A DNA stretch of 64,000 nucleotides. It comes from a virus. Taxonomy: Duplodnaviria > Caudoviricetes. The notes beneath the pieces were generated by a model, which was not told the DNA's origin, did not search any database, and was given only the letters and a program-made list of their open reading frames with translations. The position numbers and the translations under genes are program-made. Position 1 is the first letter of the stretch; every line of letters begins with the position of its first letter. The stretch spans positions 32,001 to 96,000 of the IMG/VR virus record IMGVR_UViG_3300032236_001024; one strand, 5' to 3'. This document shows positions 26,458 to 39,500 of this stretch, in pieces.

Positions 26458-29091
26458 ATGTCATTAGAAATACGTCATATAGAATTTGTGGGTGATGGAG
26501 AAACTACACGTTTCAATACAGGAATACGTGATATCAATTCTACCAATCTTTTAGTATTTGTCAACGGGTTTATTCAAGCCCCTGGCGTTGATTATCAAGC
26601 TGAATATTATGATGTTTCTTTTGCAGTTGCTCCATTTCTTGGTTCTGATATAGAAATTCGTTATATTAACACAACTGATGTTGGTTATCAAGGTTCTGTA
26701 GGTTATCAGGGTTCTCAAGGATTAGATGGTGCAGAAGGATTACAGGGTCTTGATGGTGTTCAAGGACCAGTAGGTTATCAAGGTTCGACTGGTGAACAAG
26801 GTCCAGCTGGAACTCCTGGTGGTGAAAAAGGTTATACTGGTTCTGAAGGTATAGGCTACACTGGTTCAATAGGTATTGGTTATGCTGGTTCTAAGGGAGA
26901 GGCTGCAGCCCCAAGATCGAGTCAATTAATAACAACAGACAGTGGTTCTGTTTACATTTTAAATGAATATGTTTTAGATTCTAAACATATCATTGTAACA
27001 TTAAATGGTCTTGTACAAATTCCAAATGTAGATTATGTTGTCTTAGATGGAAATCAATTAACATTTTATTCACAAGTTTATCCAAATGTAAATCTCGAAA
27101 TTAAATATTTTGGACCTGCGCCAAGTTATCAAGGATCAGTTGGATTTGTAGGATCAGTTGGTTATCAAGGTTCTATAGGATCAGTTGGTTATCAAGGTTC
27201 TACTGGTATTGTTGGATATAGTGGTTCTGTTGGTGAGCAAGGACCACCAGGTGGTGAAAGAGGATATGTAGGTTCGATAGGTTATACTGGTTCTACTGGT
27301 GCAGGATATACTGGTTCTATAGGACCATCTGGCGCACCAAAAATAACAAAATTATTTACTGCTAATGGTACTGACACATTATTTGATACTGGTGAAACTA
27401 TTACAGAAGCAACAAATGTTTTTGTTATGGTCAATGGTCTTGTTCTTATTCCTAATACAGATTATACAATTGTTGGTGGCACAAAAGTTAATATAACATC
27501 CCCACCATATAGTAGTTCTACTGTTGAAATTAGAATATTTCAATCGGCTGGTTATATTGGTTCAACAGGTTATTATGGGTCTGTTGGATATCAAGGTTCA
27601 GCTGGTGTTAGCTATGTCGGTTCATCTGGATTTGTTGGTTCGGTAGGATTTGTCGGTTCAATTGGTTATCAAGGTTCTATTGGTTATACTGGTTCCATGG
27701 GTCCAATGGGACCACCTAATGGTTATACAGGTTCACAAGGACCAATTGGATATCCAAAAGAAAATCAAGTAATAACTGTAAATGGTACAGATCATATATT
27801 CAATTTAAATAAAAAAATAGACAATACTAAGTCAATATTCGTTTTTATTAATGGTCTTGGTCTTGTTCCAGATGATGATTATACAATAGTAAATGATGGA
27901 ACCCAAATATCTCTAAACACAATACCTTTTAATGGTTCTACAATTGAAATAAGATATTTTGCTGATGCAACTGGTTATCAAGGATCATCTGGTTATAAAG
28001 GTTCAGAAGGTTATCAGGGATCATCTGGATATAAAGGTTCGGAAGGTTATCAAGGCTCTGTAGGTTATCAAGGATCAAAAGGTGCGACCGGAGACCCTGG
28101 TGGTCCACAAGGATATACTGGTTCAGTTGGATATGTTGGATCAATAGGAACAGGTTATGCTGGATCGCAAGGTCCAGCGGGATCACCAAAAGCAAAACAA
28201 GTATTTACAGCTGATGGTATAGTTAAGACTTACACATTGAATACAAATGTTGAAGCTACTCAATCAATATTTGTTATGCTTAATGGTTCTGTTCTTATTC
28301 CAGATGATGACTATACCATTCAAAATAATAATACTCTTATTTTGAATGCATTACCAACTAAAAATTCTAGTATTGAAGTAAGATATTTTGGAAGCACTGG
28401 TTATATTGGTTCTTCTGGTTATCGTGGTTCAGTTGGATATCAAGGTTCAGCTGGTGCAGCTGGTATTGCACAAGCATATGTTTCACCATTTGCTCCTTCT
28501 GTTTCAGAAAGAATTCCTGGCGAATTGTGGTGGGATACTGATAATGGTATTTTAAACATTTATTATGATAGTGAAAAAACTTGGGTAGGACTTGCGGAAG
28601 GACCAAGAGGACCATATGGTTATACTGGTTCGGGTGGATTGGGTTATACTGGTTCAATAGGTATTGGTTATGTCGGATCATTAGGATACACTGGTTCAGT
28701 TGGATTTATTGGTTCAGTTGGTTATGTAGGTTCTAAAGGTTATGCCGGATCATTAGGATTTACAGGATCGATTGGATTTGCAGGATCAGTTGGTTATGTT
28801 GGATCAATTGGTTCTGTAGGTTATGTTGGATCAAAAGGTAATGGTTATAATGGCTCATTCGGATATACTGGTTCTATTGGATATACAGGTTCATCTGGGT
28901 ATATTGGTAAAGATGGTTATTCTGGTTCTGTAGGATATACAGGATCAGTTGGAGATGTTGGAGAAATTGGTTATACTGGTTCGAAAGGATATGGTTGGAC
29001 TGGTCCAGATATAACTATAACAATTTCTACTTTGTTGCCGCCCATTTCTGGTGGAAAAGATGGTGATATATGGTATAGGTATACAGTATAA
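26458..29091 (+). CDS. Collagen-like (GYxGSx) fibre protein with five V.xNG..(Q/L).P..DY small beta domains
   Basis: Five repeats of F..DG...F...LVFVNG...P..DY...F...P..GS.IEIRY separated by Gly-X-Y runs; PGELWWDTD module; C-terminal GGKDGDIWYRY. Confidence 0.8.
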   Translation: MSLEIRHIEFVGDGETTRFNTGIRDINSTNLLVFVNGFIQAPGVDYQAEYYDVSFAVAPFLGSDIEIRYINTTDVGYQGSVGYQGSQGLDGAEGLQGLDGVQGPVGYQGSTGEQGPAGTPGGEKGYTGSEGIGYTGSIGIGYAGSKGEAAAPRSSQLITTDSGSVYILNEYVLDSKHIIVTLNGLVQIPNVDYVVLDGNQLTFYSQVYPNVNLEIKYFGPAPSYQGSVGFVGSVGYQGSIGSVGYQGSTGIVGYSGSVGEQGPPGGERGYVGSIGYTGSTGAGYTGSIGPSGAPKITKLFTANGTDTLFDTGETITEATNVFVMVNGLVLIPNTDYTIVGGTKVNITSPPYSSSTVEIRIFQSAGYIGSTGYYGSVGYQGSAGVSYVGSSGFVGSVGFVGSIGYQGSIGYTGSMGPMGPPNGYTGSQGPIGYPKENQVITVNGTDHIFNLNKKIDNTKSIFVFINGLGLVPDDDYTIVNDGTQISLNTIPFNGSTIEIRYFADATGYQGSSGYKGSEGYQGSSGYKGSEGYQGSVGYQGSKGATGDPGGPQGYTGSVGYVGSIGTGYAGSQGPAGSPKAKQVFTADGIVKTYTLNTNVEATQSIFVMLNGSVLIPDDDYTIQNNNTLILNALPTKNSSIEVRYFGSTGYIGSSGYRGSVGYQGSAGAAGIAQAYVSPFAPSVSERIPGELWWDTDNGILNIYYDSEKTWVGLAEGPRGPYGYTGSGGLGYTGSIGIGYVGSLGYTGSVGFIGSVGYVGSKGYAGSLGFTGSIGFAGSVGYVGSIGSVGYVGSKGNGYNGSFGYTGSIGYTGSSGYIGKDGYSGSVGYTGSVGDVGEIGYTGSKGYGWTGPDITITISTLLPPISGGKDGDIWYRYTV

Positions 29092-30521
29092 TGCCTGTGT
29101 ATGTAAAAAAAGATAATAAATGGCAAATCGTTGCATCTTCATATAATGAGCCATCACCAACATTATTTAATAATGTGAACGGCGAATGGAGAGAAACTAG
29201 GTCTGGATGGGTAAATGTAAAGGGTGAATGGCAAAAATTTTATCAAAAAACTCCTATGGTAAAAAATAAATTAAAAAATTTTGTTTTTTTAGGTGATTCA
29301 TTATCATATGGAACTGGATTGCCAGTAAGTCAACAATTCACAACATTAATACAAAATCATTTTAATGGAATTGATAATAATGGAAATAATAATGTTGTTA
29401 GATCATTGATGGTTGATGATAGATCAACAACTGGAGGAGAAAATAGATTTATTACATCTTCTGGTGTTAAATATACTAATACTGGCATTTTTTCTCCTGT
29501 ATATGATGATAAAAGAATCAGAAATACAGCAATAACAATACCAGCTGGAGAGTATATTGATATACCTGTAAATAAAGCAAATGGTAAATTATTTAATATA
29601 TCTGTCAGTGGAAAAAATTTTGTTGGTGAGATAAGTTCTGTATGGTTAACTTGGCAGTTTGGTACTCGTGGTTATTTTGAAAATTTAATTTTACATGAAA
29701 CAATAGATAGTAATATTACAACACATGGAAATGTATATTATGGGAATCCGCTTTATGCTAATTTTTGGGGTGGTGATACTGAAAATTTTTATGATTATTC
29801 TATAGATTTCGATTCAAAAGCAACTTATGTTAGAATAAAAGTTACTTCTGGTGAATTACGAATTAATTCTGTTCATAGTATGTCAAATTTTCCACTTTAT
29901 GCATCAGAAAAAAATGTTGGTATTGTTCAAGTAATTGCTAGAGATGGTTATACATTCGAAGATTTTCTTAATGTTCCAAGACAAGAAATTAGAAATAATA
30001 TTCTATATAAACAATATTATGATGATAATACAAATAGTAATGCTACCCCTGTTCTTATAGTCCAAGCTGGACTAATGGATATAGTAAAATTAGGTCGAAA
30101 TGCATTAGATTTTTTTCAGTATTTAGAATACGGAATTTTATTACATCATACTCCAACTAATGATATAGTATATGGAGGATATTCGACAGATTCTAATAGT
30201 ACAAGTATTACAGCATATGATATTGTTTTAACAATACCTCACCCACCAAGTCAATTAAGTCCTTATTTTAAAATTTATAATGAAAACATAAAAGCTATAA
30301 GTGATGTATTTCATTTAATGGCTAATAGACATAATTTGGATGTAGTCGATTTAAGTACACTAGATATGGGGATAGATTGTTATCAACTTACTCTTGATAG
30401 AATAAACCCAAATTACAAAGGTTCTGTAAAAATAGCAAATAAATACATTGAGGATTTAGGTTTAGCTTCATTCCAAAACAATTCAAGTCAAGAATACTTA
30501 TTACCCGCTAGAGGATTATAA
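29091..30521 (+). CDS. SGNH/GDSL-hydrolase-fold protein with fibre-docking-type N-terminus; catalytic His appears lost
   Basis: FVFLGDSLSYG (block I), ARDG (II), QAGLMD (III), LDRINPNYKG (V); N-terminal YVKKDNKW..WVNVKGEW motif. Confidence 0.7.
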   Translation: MPVYVKKDNKWQIVASSYNEPSPTLFNNVNGEWRETRSGWVNVKGEWQKFYQKTPMVKNKLKNFVFLGDSLSYGTGLPVSQQFTTLIQNHFNGIDNNGNNNVVRSLMVDDRSTTGGENRFITSSGVKYTNTGIFSPVYDDKRIRNTAITIPAGEYIDIPVNKANGKLFNISVSGKNFVGEISSVWLTWQFGTRGYFENLILHETIDSNITTHGNVYYGNPLYANFWGGDTENFYDYSIDFDSKATYVRIKVTSGELRINSVHSMSNFPLYASEKNVGIVQVIARDGYTFEDFLNVPRQEIRNNILYKQYYDDNTNSNATPVLIVQAGLMDIVKLGRNALDFFQYLEYGILLHHTPTNDIVYGGYSTDSNSTSITAYDIVLTIPHPPSQLSPYFKIYNENIKAISDVFHLMANRHNLDVVDLSTLDMGIDCYQLTLDRINPNYKGSVKIANKYIEDLGLASFQNNSSQEYLLPARGL

Positions 30522-30529
30522 AAAAATAA

Positions 30530-33500
30530 ATGGCACAATTAATTTTTCCAGATAATCCTTTAATTGGGGCTACAACTACTACTGGTGGTTATGTTTGGCA
30601 GTGGGATGGAGAGCGTTGGTTAAAAGTACCAACTGATTATCGTGGTTCTGCCGGATATGTCGGATCATTTGGTTATACTGGTTCTACTGGTGCTGGATTT
30701 ACAGGATCAAGAGGATTTGTAGGTGCTCCTAGTGCAATTCAAATAATAGAATCGACAGGTGCAAGTTCTTACACTCTTGATAGATTAGTTGCAGATGCAT
30801 TATCATTATTCGTTATTGTAAACGGTTCTTTCTTAATAGCAAATGTTGATTATACTGCTTCTAGTAGTACAATAACATTTAACAATATTCCACAAACAAA
30901 ATCTAATATCGAAATTATATTTTGGGATGTAGCTGGTTATTATGGTTCAACTGGTTATCAAGGATCAGCAGGTTATACTGGTTCTGCTGGTGTTGGATAT
31001 ACTGGTTCTGTTGGTGCTGTTGGTTCTGTAGGTTATCAAGGTTCTGTTGGTGTACAAGGACCACCAGGTGGTGAAAGAGGATATGCTGGTTCTAAAGGTG
31101 ATAGAGGTTTCTTTGGCTATAGCGGTTCATCTGGGTATATTGGTTCACAAGGTGATATAGGTTATACTGGATCAGCTAGTACTGTTGTAGGTCCACAAGG
31201 TCCACGAGGTATAAATCCATCAAAAGGAATAGATTTATATAATTCATCATCATATCAAAATTTAACTGGCGTTACAGTAGATACTGCTACAAATTTAAAA
31301 CAAACTGTTGATAGTACTATTAATGATGCTGGTATTGATAATGTATTTTATTTTAATGGTGATGGTGAAAGATATGTTGAAGGCGTATACAAATTAAATT
31401 TATTTGGTTATCAAAGCGTTTCATTATCAGTATACAGTGGTGATGGGCTTTGGGCTCCAATTCCAACAAATCCTATACTTATTGAATATTCTATTGATCC
31501 TGATAATTATGGATGGCAAAATTTTGCTATTATTAATCCATCATTATTAACTATAGGTTTATGGAATACATTAACATTTAATATTCCAAATGAAGCAAAA
31601 AATCCAACTGGTGTTTATTTCCGTTATATCCAATATGTAAATGGTGGAATTGGAAAAGATAATTATCTTTTAACTGATTTAGTTTTAAATCCATTAATTG
31701 GTTATACTGGATCGCAAAGTTATACTGGTTCAGCTGGTTATACTGGTTCGTCTGGTTATCAAGGATCAATCGGTTATTCTGGTTCTGTTGGTGATACTGG
31801 TGGCACTGGTTATCAAGGTTCAGAAGGCTATCAAGGTTCAGAAGGTTATCAAGGGTCTGTTGGATATACTGGTTCTACAGGTAATCGAGGAATTCAAGGT
31901 GAAATAGGTCCAAAAGGTGATACAGGTGATACTGGTTATCAAGGATCAGCAGGATTTAGAGGACAAACAGGATTTAAAGGTTCATATGGTGAACTTGGTG
32001 AAACTGGTTATCGTGGTTCTGTTGGTTATCAAGGTTCTGTAGGTGATAAAGGACCACAGGGAGACCCTGGTGGTCCAAGAGGTTATGCTGGTTCAGCTGG
32101 TTCTGGTTATGCTGGTTCAGCTGGTGCTGGATATACTGGTTCGATAGGTATTGGTTATGCTGGTTCAAAAGGTGATTCAGGATTTTCTGGTTCACGAGGA
32201 AATCAAGCTTTAAGCAATTTAAAATATAATTGGGCTAATTTTATTAATTCCGTTACAGTAGATAGTGGTCAAGTAAGACCATTTGCTGGTACTTCTCTTT
32301 CTAATATAAGCACACTTGCATTAAGTAAAACAACTTCAGATGGAATTGGTGTATCTACTTATCTTTCACAATTATTTCTTGGCTCTAGCAATGATACTAA
32401 AAATGTAAAAGGTTATATTTTTCTTAATAAAGAAAATGGCACCGTTGCAGAACAAACTATTCTTAAAATTACAAATATTACTAGTACTAATGAAGCAATC
32501 GTATTTTCTTTAGAATATGTTAGTGGTTATAGCGGAACTTATTCTGAAGATACATCTATAATTATTTCATTTAATACAATTTCTATTGGTTATTCTGGTT
32601 CTGTTGGATTTACTGGTTCTTTTGGGTTTGTTGGTTCGCAAGGTTACACTGGTTCCAGAGCATATACTGGTTCACAAGGTGGCACTGGTTACACTGGATC
32701 AGCTAGTACTGTTGTAGGACCACCAGGTCCAAAAGGTGATACTGGTGAATATGGAGCAGTTGGTTTTACTGGTTCAAGAGGATTACGTGCAGGAACTGTA
32801 AGATATTGGTCAGGTGGTGCTAGTGGTTCAACTCCTGATACATATCATTTAACATTTGATGGATCACTTATTAGATTACAGGTTGCAGATTTAAATTATG
32901 TAGATTACACTTTTTCTCAAACTAGTGGTTGGAGAATTCTTGGGCAACTTATAAATTCAGTGCCAGTTATATATCCAACTCAAGTAAGAGGTATTCTTTA
33001 TGTAATTCCTGTTATAGATTATCCAAGTGAAGACAAACTTTGGACTCCTAATGTATTTGAAGTAAATAGTTCAGCTACATTAGGATACAATCAATTTGGA
33101 TCATTCTTTCAATTTAATATAAATCATGTTGCTGGTCAAAATGAATACTTTGAAGGAAAACAAGTTGAACTATTATTTGTTCCATCTGGTGAAACCGGAT
33201 TTACTGGTTCTAGAGGTGAACAAGGTGATCCTGGTGATCCTGGAATAAGAGGTTATACTGGTTCTGCAAGTACTACTGGTGGTTATACTGGTTCAAGAGC
33301 TTATACGGGTTCAGCTGGTTATGTCGGATCAGCAAGTACTATTCCTGGTTATAATGGCTCTAAAGGAGATACTGGATATACTGGATCAAAAGGTCTTGAT
33401 GGTGTTTATGCTGCATTAGGTTATACTGGTTCTCAAGGATTACAAGGACAAGATGGTGGAACAGGATTTACTGGTTCAGTTGGACCCAGAGGTGTAGGTT

Positions 33501-36500
33501 ATGATGGATCAAGAGGTTCATTAGGTTATACAGGTTCAATTGGATTTACTGGTTCTAGAGGATATACAGGGTCATCTGGATATGGCGGTTCAGTTGGTTA
33601 TGATGGATCAAGAGGTTATGACGGTTCGATAGGTTACACTGGATCACAAGGTGCTGGTTATACTGGTTCAGTTGGATATGATGGATCGAAAGGTGATCTT
33701 GGGTATACAGGATCAATAGGGTTTTCTGGTTCTAGAGGTATTTTTGGTTATTCTGGTTCAGTTGGTTATGCTGGTTCCGGTGGATTGGGTTATACTGGTT
33801 CAAGAGGCTCTGGTTATACTGGTTCAGTTGGGTATGCAGGATCAATAGGTGATCTTGGTTATACTGGATCGATAGGTTTTTCTGGTTCAAAAGGTGATAT
33901 TGGAACATTAGGATACGATGGATCAGTTGGATATACTGGTTCTAGAGCATATACTGGTTCTATAGGTTATACTGGTTCAAAAGGTGAAATTGGTTATGCT
34001 GGTTCTAGAGGTTTACTTGGTTACACTGGTTCAGTTGGTTATGTTGGTTCACAAGGTATTCCCGGTGCTTATGCAGCATTAGGATACACTGGATCAGTTG
34101 GTATTGGTTATACTGGTTCTGTTGGTGCTGGATATACTGGTTCAGTTGGATATGATGGATCAAAAGGTGATCTTGGTTATACAGGTTCTATAGGCTATAC
34201 TGGTTCAGTTGGTTATGTTGGTTCGCAAGGTATTCCCGGTGCTTATGCAGCATTAGGATACACTGGATCATCTGGGTTTGTTGGTTCTAGAGGATTACTT
34301 GGATATACTGGATCATTAGGTTACACTGGATCATTCGGTTACACTGGTTCCCAAAGTTATACAGGTTCAACTGGATTTGTCGGATCATTAGGCTATACAG
34401 GATCAATTGGTGTTGGATATACTGGTTCACAAAGTTATACTGGTTCAACTGGATTTATTGGATCGAGAGGTGATCTTGGTTACACTGGTTCTAGAGCATA
34501 TACTGGATCAATTGGTTATACTGGCTCTCAAAGTTACACAGGCTCTGTCGGATTTATAGGTTCAGCTGGTTATGTTGGATCGTTAGGATATACTGGTTCT
34601 ACAGGAATAGGTTATACTGGATCACAAAGTTATACTGGTTCAACTGGATTTGTCGGATCAAAAGGTGATCTTGGATTTACTGGTTCAAGAGGTGCTGGAT
34701 ATACTGGTTCTGTTGGCTTTGTTGGTTCTGTTGGCTTTGTTGGATCAAGAGGTGATATTGGATATGCTGGTTCTCAAGGTTTACAAGGTATACCTGGAAT
34801 TGCTGCAGCAATTGGATATGTTGGTTCACAAGGTCCACAAGGACCAGCTGGTGGTTATACAGGTTCTAAAGGTTACAACGGTTCATTAGGATATGTTGGA
34901 TCAAGAGGATTTGCTGGATCACAAGGTCCACAAGGAATAACTGGTTTTGTTGGTTCATTTGGTTATACAGGTTCACTTGGTAAAATTGCTGGTGCAGTCA
35001 GATTTACTGGTGCAAGCACAGTTGGTTCTTCTTCGAGTGGCACTCTTCCAAGTATTGGTGGATTTCAATTTGATACTAATAATGCTCTAACTACAACTAC
35101 AATTGAAATCAATAAAACTGATACTTTTGGAGCATCAAATTTACTTTCTGATATTATAAATTCAAATAATAATGCAATCAAAGGTCAGTTGTATGTTACT
35201 TCTAATGATGGTTTATATACGACTGTATATAATGTTACAAGTGGCGAATATGTACCAAATCTTTCTGGTAGTAGAGATTTAGATTTTACAAGATTAAAAG
35301 TTTCTTATTTAAGTGGGTATACAGGAACATTTACAAATATACCGGCTGATATAAGTTTCATTCCTACTGGACAGCAAGGTTATACTGGTTCTTCTGGATT
35401 TGCTGGGTCTAGAGGAGTACTAGGTCCAACAGGTTATGTTGGATCAGTAGGATTTGTTGGGTCGAGAGGTATTGATGGTGCATATGCAGCATTAGGTTAT
35501 ACTGGATCAAGAGGATATGTAGGCTCTATTGGTTATACCGGATCAATCGGATTTACTGGATCATTTGGATACACTGGTTCATTAGGTTATACCGGATCAA
35601 TCGGATTTACTGGATCATTTGGATACACTGGTTCGCAAGGTATTCCTGGTGCTTATGCAGCAATGGGATATGTTGGTTCTAGAGGTAATACTGGTTATAT
35701 AGGTTCTCAAGGATTACAAGGTCCACAAGGACCAGCTGGTGGTTATACTGGTTCAAGAGGAGCTATTGGTAGAACTGGCAATTCATTAAATTATACTTTA
35801 TTTGATTATCGATATACTATAACAAATCCTGGTGAATTTATACACAATAATGGTACTGTAGAATTATCTACTCAAGTTATATTTTCAAAATATGATAATT
35901 ATTATGTAACTGGTTTTGATTATTTTAATGGGCTGTTAACTCCAAATACTAATGAAAGAATAAAAGCCAAACTTATACTTACTCTCAGAAGAGATTATGA
36001 AAATTTTTCACAAGATTATTTAACAGTATTTAATGTTTTAAATATTGTAGATGCAGGTGATACATTCATTATTAACGTAGAATATGTTAGTAACGGTTGG
36101 CCTGAAATTTATGATCCACATACTATTGATGTTACTCTTATACCATATAATAATGGATATACTGGTTCTGATGGTTATACAGGTTCAATCGGATATACAG
36201 GTTCACAAAGCTATACTGGATCAAAAGGATATGCAGGTTCATTAGGTTATACTGGGTCTAGAGCTTATACTGGTTCACAAGGTTATACTGGCTCACAAAG
36301 TTATACGGGATCGTTTGGTTATACTGGTTCAATCGGATTTACTGGTTCAATTGGATACACTGGATCACAAAGTTATACTGGTTCATTCGGTTATGCTGGT
36401 TCACAAGGTGATCTTGGTTATACTGGATCACGAGGACCAATTGGTTATGCTGGTTCAAGAGGTTATTCTGGATCATTAGGTTATTTTGGTTCATTCGGAT

Positions 36501-39500
36501 ATGTCGGTTCATTTGGATACACAGGTTCAATCGGATTTACTGGATCAATCGGATATACTGGTTCTCGTGGCGATACAGGATATATTGGATCATTTGGATA
36601 CACAGGTTCAATCGGATTTACTGGCTCACTTGGTTATACTGGTTCCAGAGGTATTCAAGGTATAACAGGTTATGTAGGTTCATTAGGTTATACTGGATCA
36701 TTTGGATATACTGGATCACAAGGTTATACTGGTTCTAAGAGTTATACTGGTTCACAAGGTATTCAAGGTGATTTAGGTTATACCGGATCATATGGTTATA
36801 CAGGCTCAATTGGATACACTGGTTCTCGTGGTAATACTGGTTACTTCGGTTCAGTTGGTTATGTTGGATCAAGAGGTGCAACTGGTGCAACATATTTTGA
36901 ACGTATTCTAGATTTTGATAATGAAGGAACTTATATTGCAGATGGTGTTGGTGTTCAATTAGCATCTTCTGTTCCATTATTACCTTCTAGTGGTTATGGA
37001 AATATCGCTGTATTTGGATATGCTTCTACTGCAAGTAATAGATCAATCACAACTGCTGTAAAAAAATATCTTTCTGGATTTAATGCTATAACATTCAGTT
37101 ATAATAAAGCTAGTGGTGGACCTGGTGGTGCTACTGGTGGATGGGGAGATTTACCAGAATTAAACGAAGGATTAAGTTTCGAATATTCGGTTGATGGTAT
37201 TAATTGGACTGCGTTTGTTTATTTCAATCCATTGACTACTGTAAATAATGTTTGGACAAATTATACAGTCAATATTCCAACAGATGCAAAAGATTCGAGA
37301 GGCGTATATTTAAGATATAATCAAACAAATTATTCTGGCGGAACAGCAGATAATTGGGCAGTTACACAACCTGTTATTGCAGTTGTTGGTTATATTGGTT
37401 CTACTGGTGATCAAGGTCCAAGAGGTTATACTGGTTCACAAAGTTATACTGGTTCTAGAGGTTCTCTTGGTTATACTGGTTCAAAGGGAGAGCCAGGAAC
37501 ATTTGGCGGTGCAGCATTTGATTATCATTTTGATATCAGCACAACAAATTCTTCGCCAGCATCTGGTCGTTTAAGATTAAACAATACTAATATTACATCA
37601 GCATCAGCACTTTATATAAGTGATTCTGATTATGGTAGTATTCCTGTTTATGGTTATCTACAAACTATTGATGATTCAACATCAACAATTAAAGGTCACT
37701 TTAATATAACTGAAAGAGCAAACACAGAAAATTATGCTATGTTTGCTATTATCAATTATCATACACATCCAACTGGTTATTTTAATGTTCCTATATCATA
37801 TCTTTCTGGTAGCGGTACATTTACAGATGATATGGATATCGTTATCACTTTTGCTAGAACTGGTGATAAGGGTGATAAAGGCGATACTGGACCAATTGGT
37901 TATACTGGTTCATATGGATATCAGGGTTCCGCTGGTTACTTTGGATCAGTAGGTTATTATGGATCAGCTGGTGATAAAGGTATTCAAGGTGATACTGGAT
38001 ATCGTGGTTCAGTTGGTTATACATCTTCTGTTGGTTATACTTCATCTGTTGGTTATACTGGATCGGTTGGTGATACTGGTTATCGTGGTTCTGTAGGTTA
38101 TACATCTTCTGTTGGTTATACTTCATCTGTTGGTTATACTGGTTCACGAGGTGATACTGGATATACTGGATCGGTTGGTGATACTGGTTATCGTGGTTCT
38201 GTAGGTTATACTTCTTCAGTTGGTTATACATCCTCTGTTGGTTATACTGGTTCAGCTGGCTATCGTGGATCAGAAGGATACCGTGGTTCTGTAGGATATC
38301 AAAGTTCAACTGGTTACTTTGGTTCAACTGGTTACTTTGGTTCAACTGGTTATCAAGGATCAGAAGGATACCGTGGATCAGTTGGTTATACATCTTCAGT
38401 TGGTTATCTTGGTTCTACAGGTTATCAAGGTTCAGAAGGTGTTCGTGGACCTGAAGGTTATCGTGGTTCTGTAGGATATCAAGGATCAGCAGGTTATACA
38501 GGTTCACAAAGTTATACTGGATCGACTGGCTATTTTGGTTCAGTTGGTTATACTGGTTCAAGAGGCGCTGGTTATACTGGTTCTCTTGGTAGAACTCCTG
38601 CAGCACTTCGTTTCAATGTTAAAAATGGACCTGGTAATAGCAGTGGTTGGAGTCTACAGATACCAGATGTTAAAACAATATTCTTCATTGATTTTAATGA
38701 CGCTCAATCTGTACAACAAATAAACATAAACAGAACAGATTTATTTGATGTTAATGCTCCTAGTTTATTAAATCAAATTAATTTAATGACTACTTTAGTC
38801 AGAGGAAGACTATATGTAAGTGCTTTAAGTGGTGAACTATCTATTTTTGATGTTACTGATAGTTCATATGTAGATTATGATACTAGTGGATTTTTAGTAG
38901 GTCTTTCTTATACAAAAGTTAATGTAAAATATGCTAGTGGTTATACAGGATCATTTGATAATAAAGTAGTTGATATAACATTTATACCAACTTACACAAA
39001 TTATAGTGGTTCTGTAGGTTTTAGAGGTTCGGTTGGGTATCTTGGTTCTTCTGGACCAGCAACTGTAACAGAAAAAACAACTTATCCAACTGATCCTATA
39101 AATGGTCAAATGTGGTTTGATCCTGATACTGGTACATTAAGTTATTATTATCAAGGTGGAAATACATGGTTGGCTGTTGGTAGAGGTAGAATCGGAGAGA
39201 GAGGACCATTAGGTTATTCTGGTTCGTTAGGTTATACTGGATCAACTGGTGCAGGATATGTTGGTTCTACTGGTTATTTTGGATCATTTGGTTATACTGG
39301 ATCGGTTGGTTATACTGGTTCACAAAGTTATACAGGATCAAGAGGATATACTGGATCAGTTGGATATGTTGGTTCGCAGGGTGCATTTGATACTCAAACA
39401 CAATATAACTTCCAAAATACTATAACTATGAGCGCCAATCTAGTAGTAAATAATGTTACTATTGGAACATCATTTGAAATATTAAACTTTAGTGAAATTG

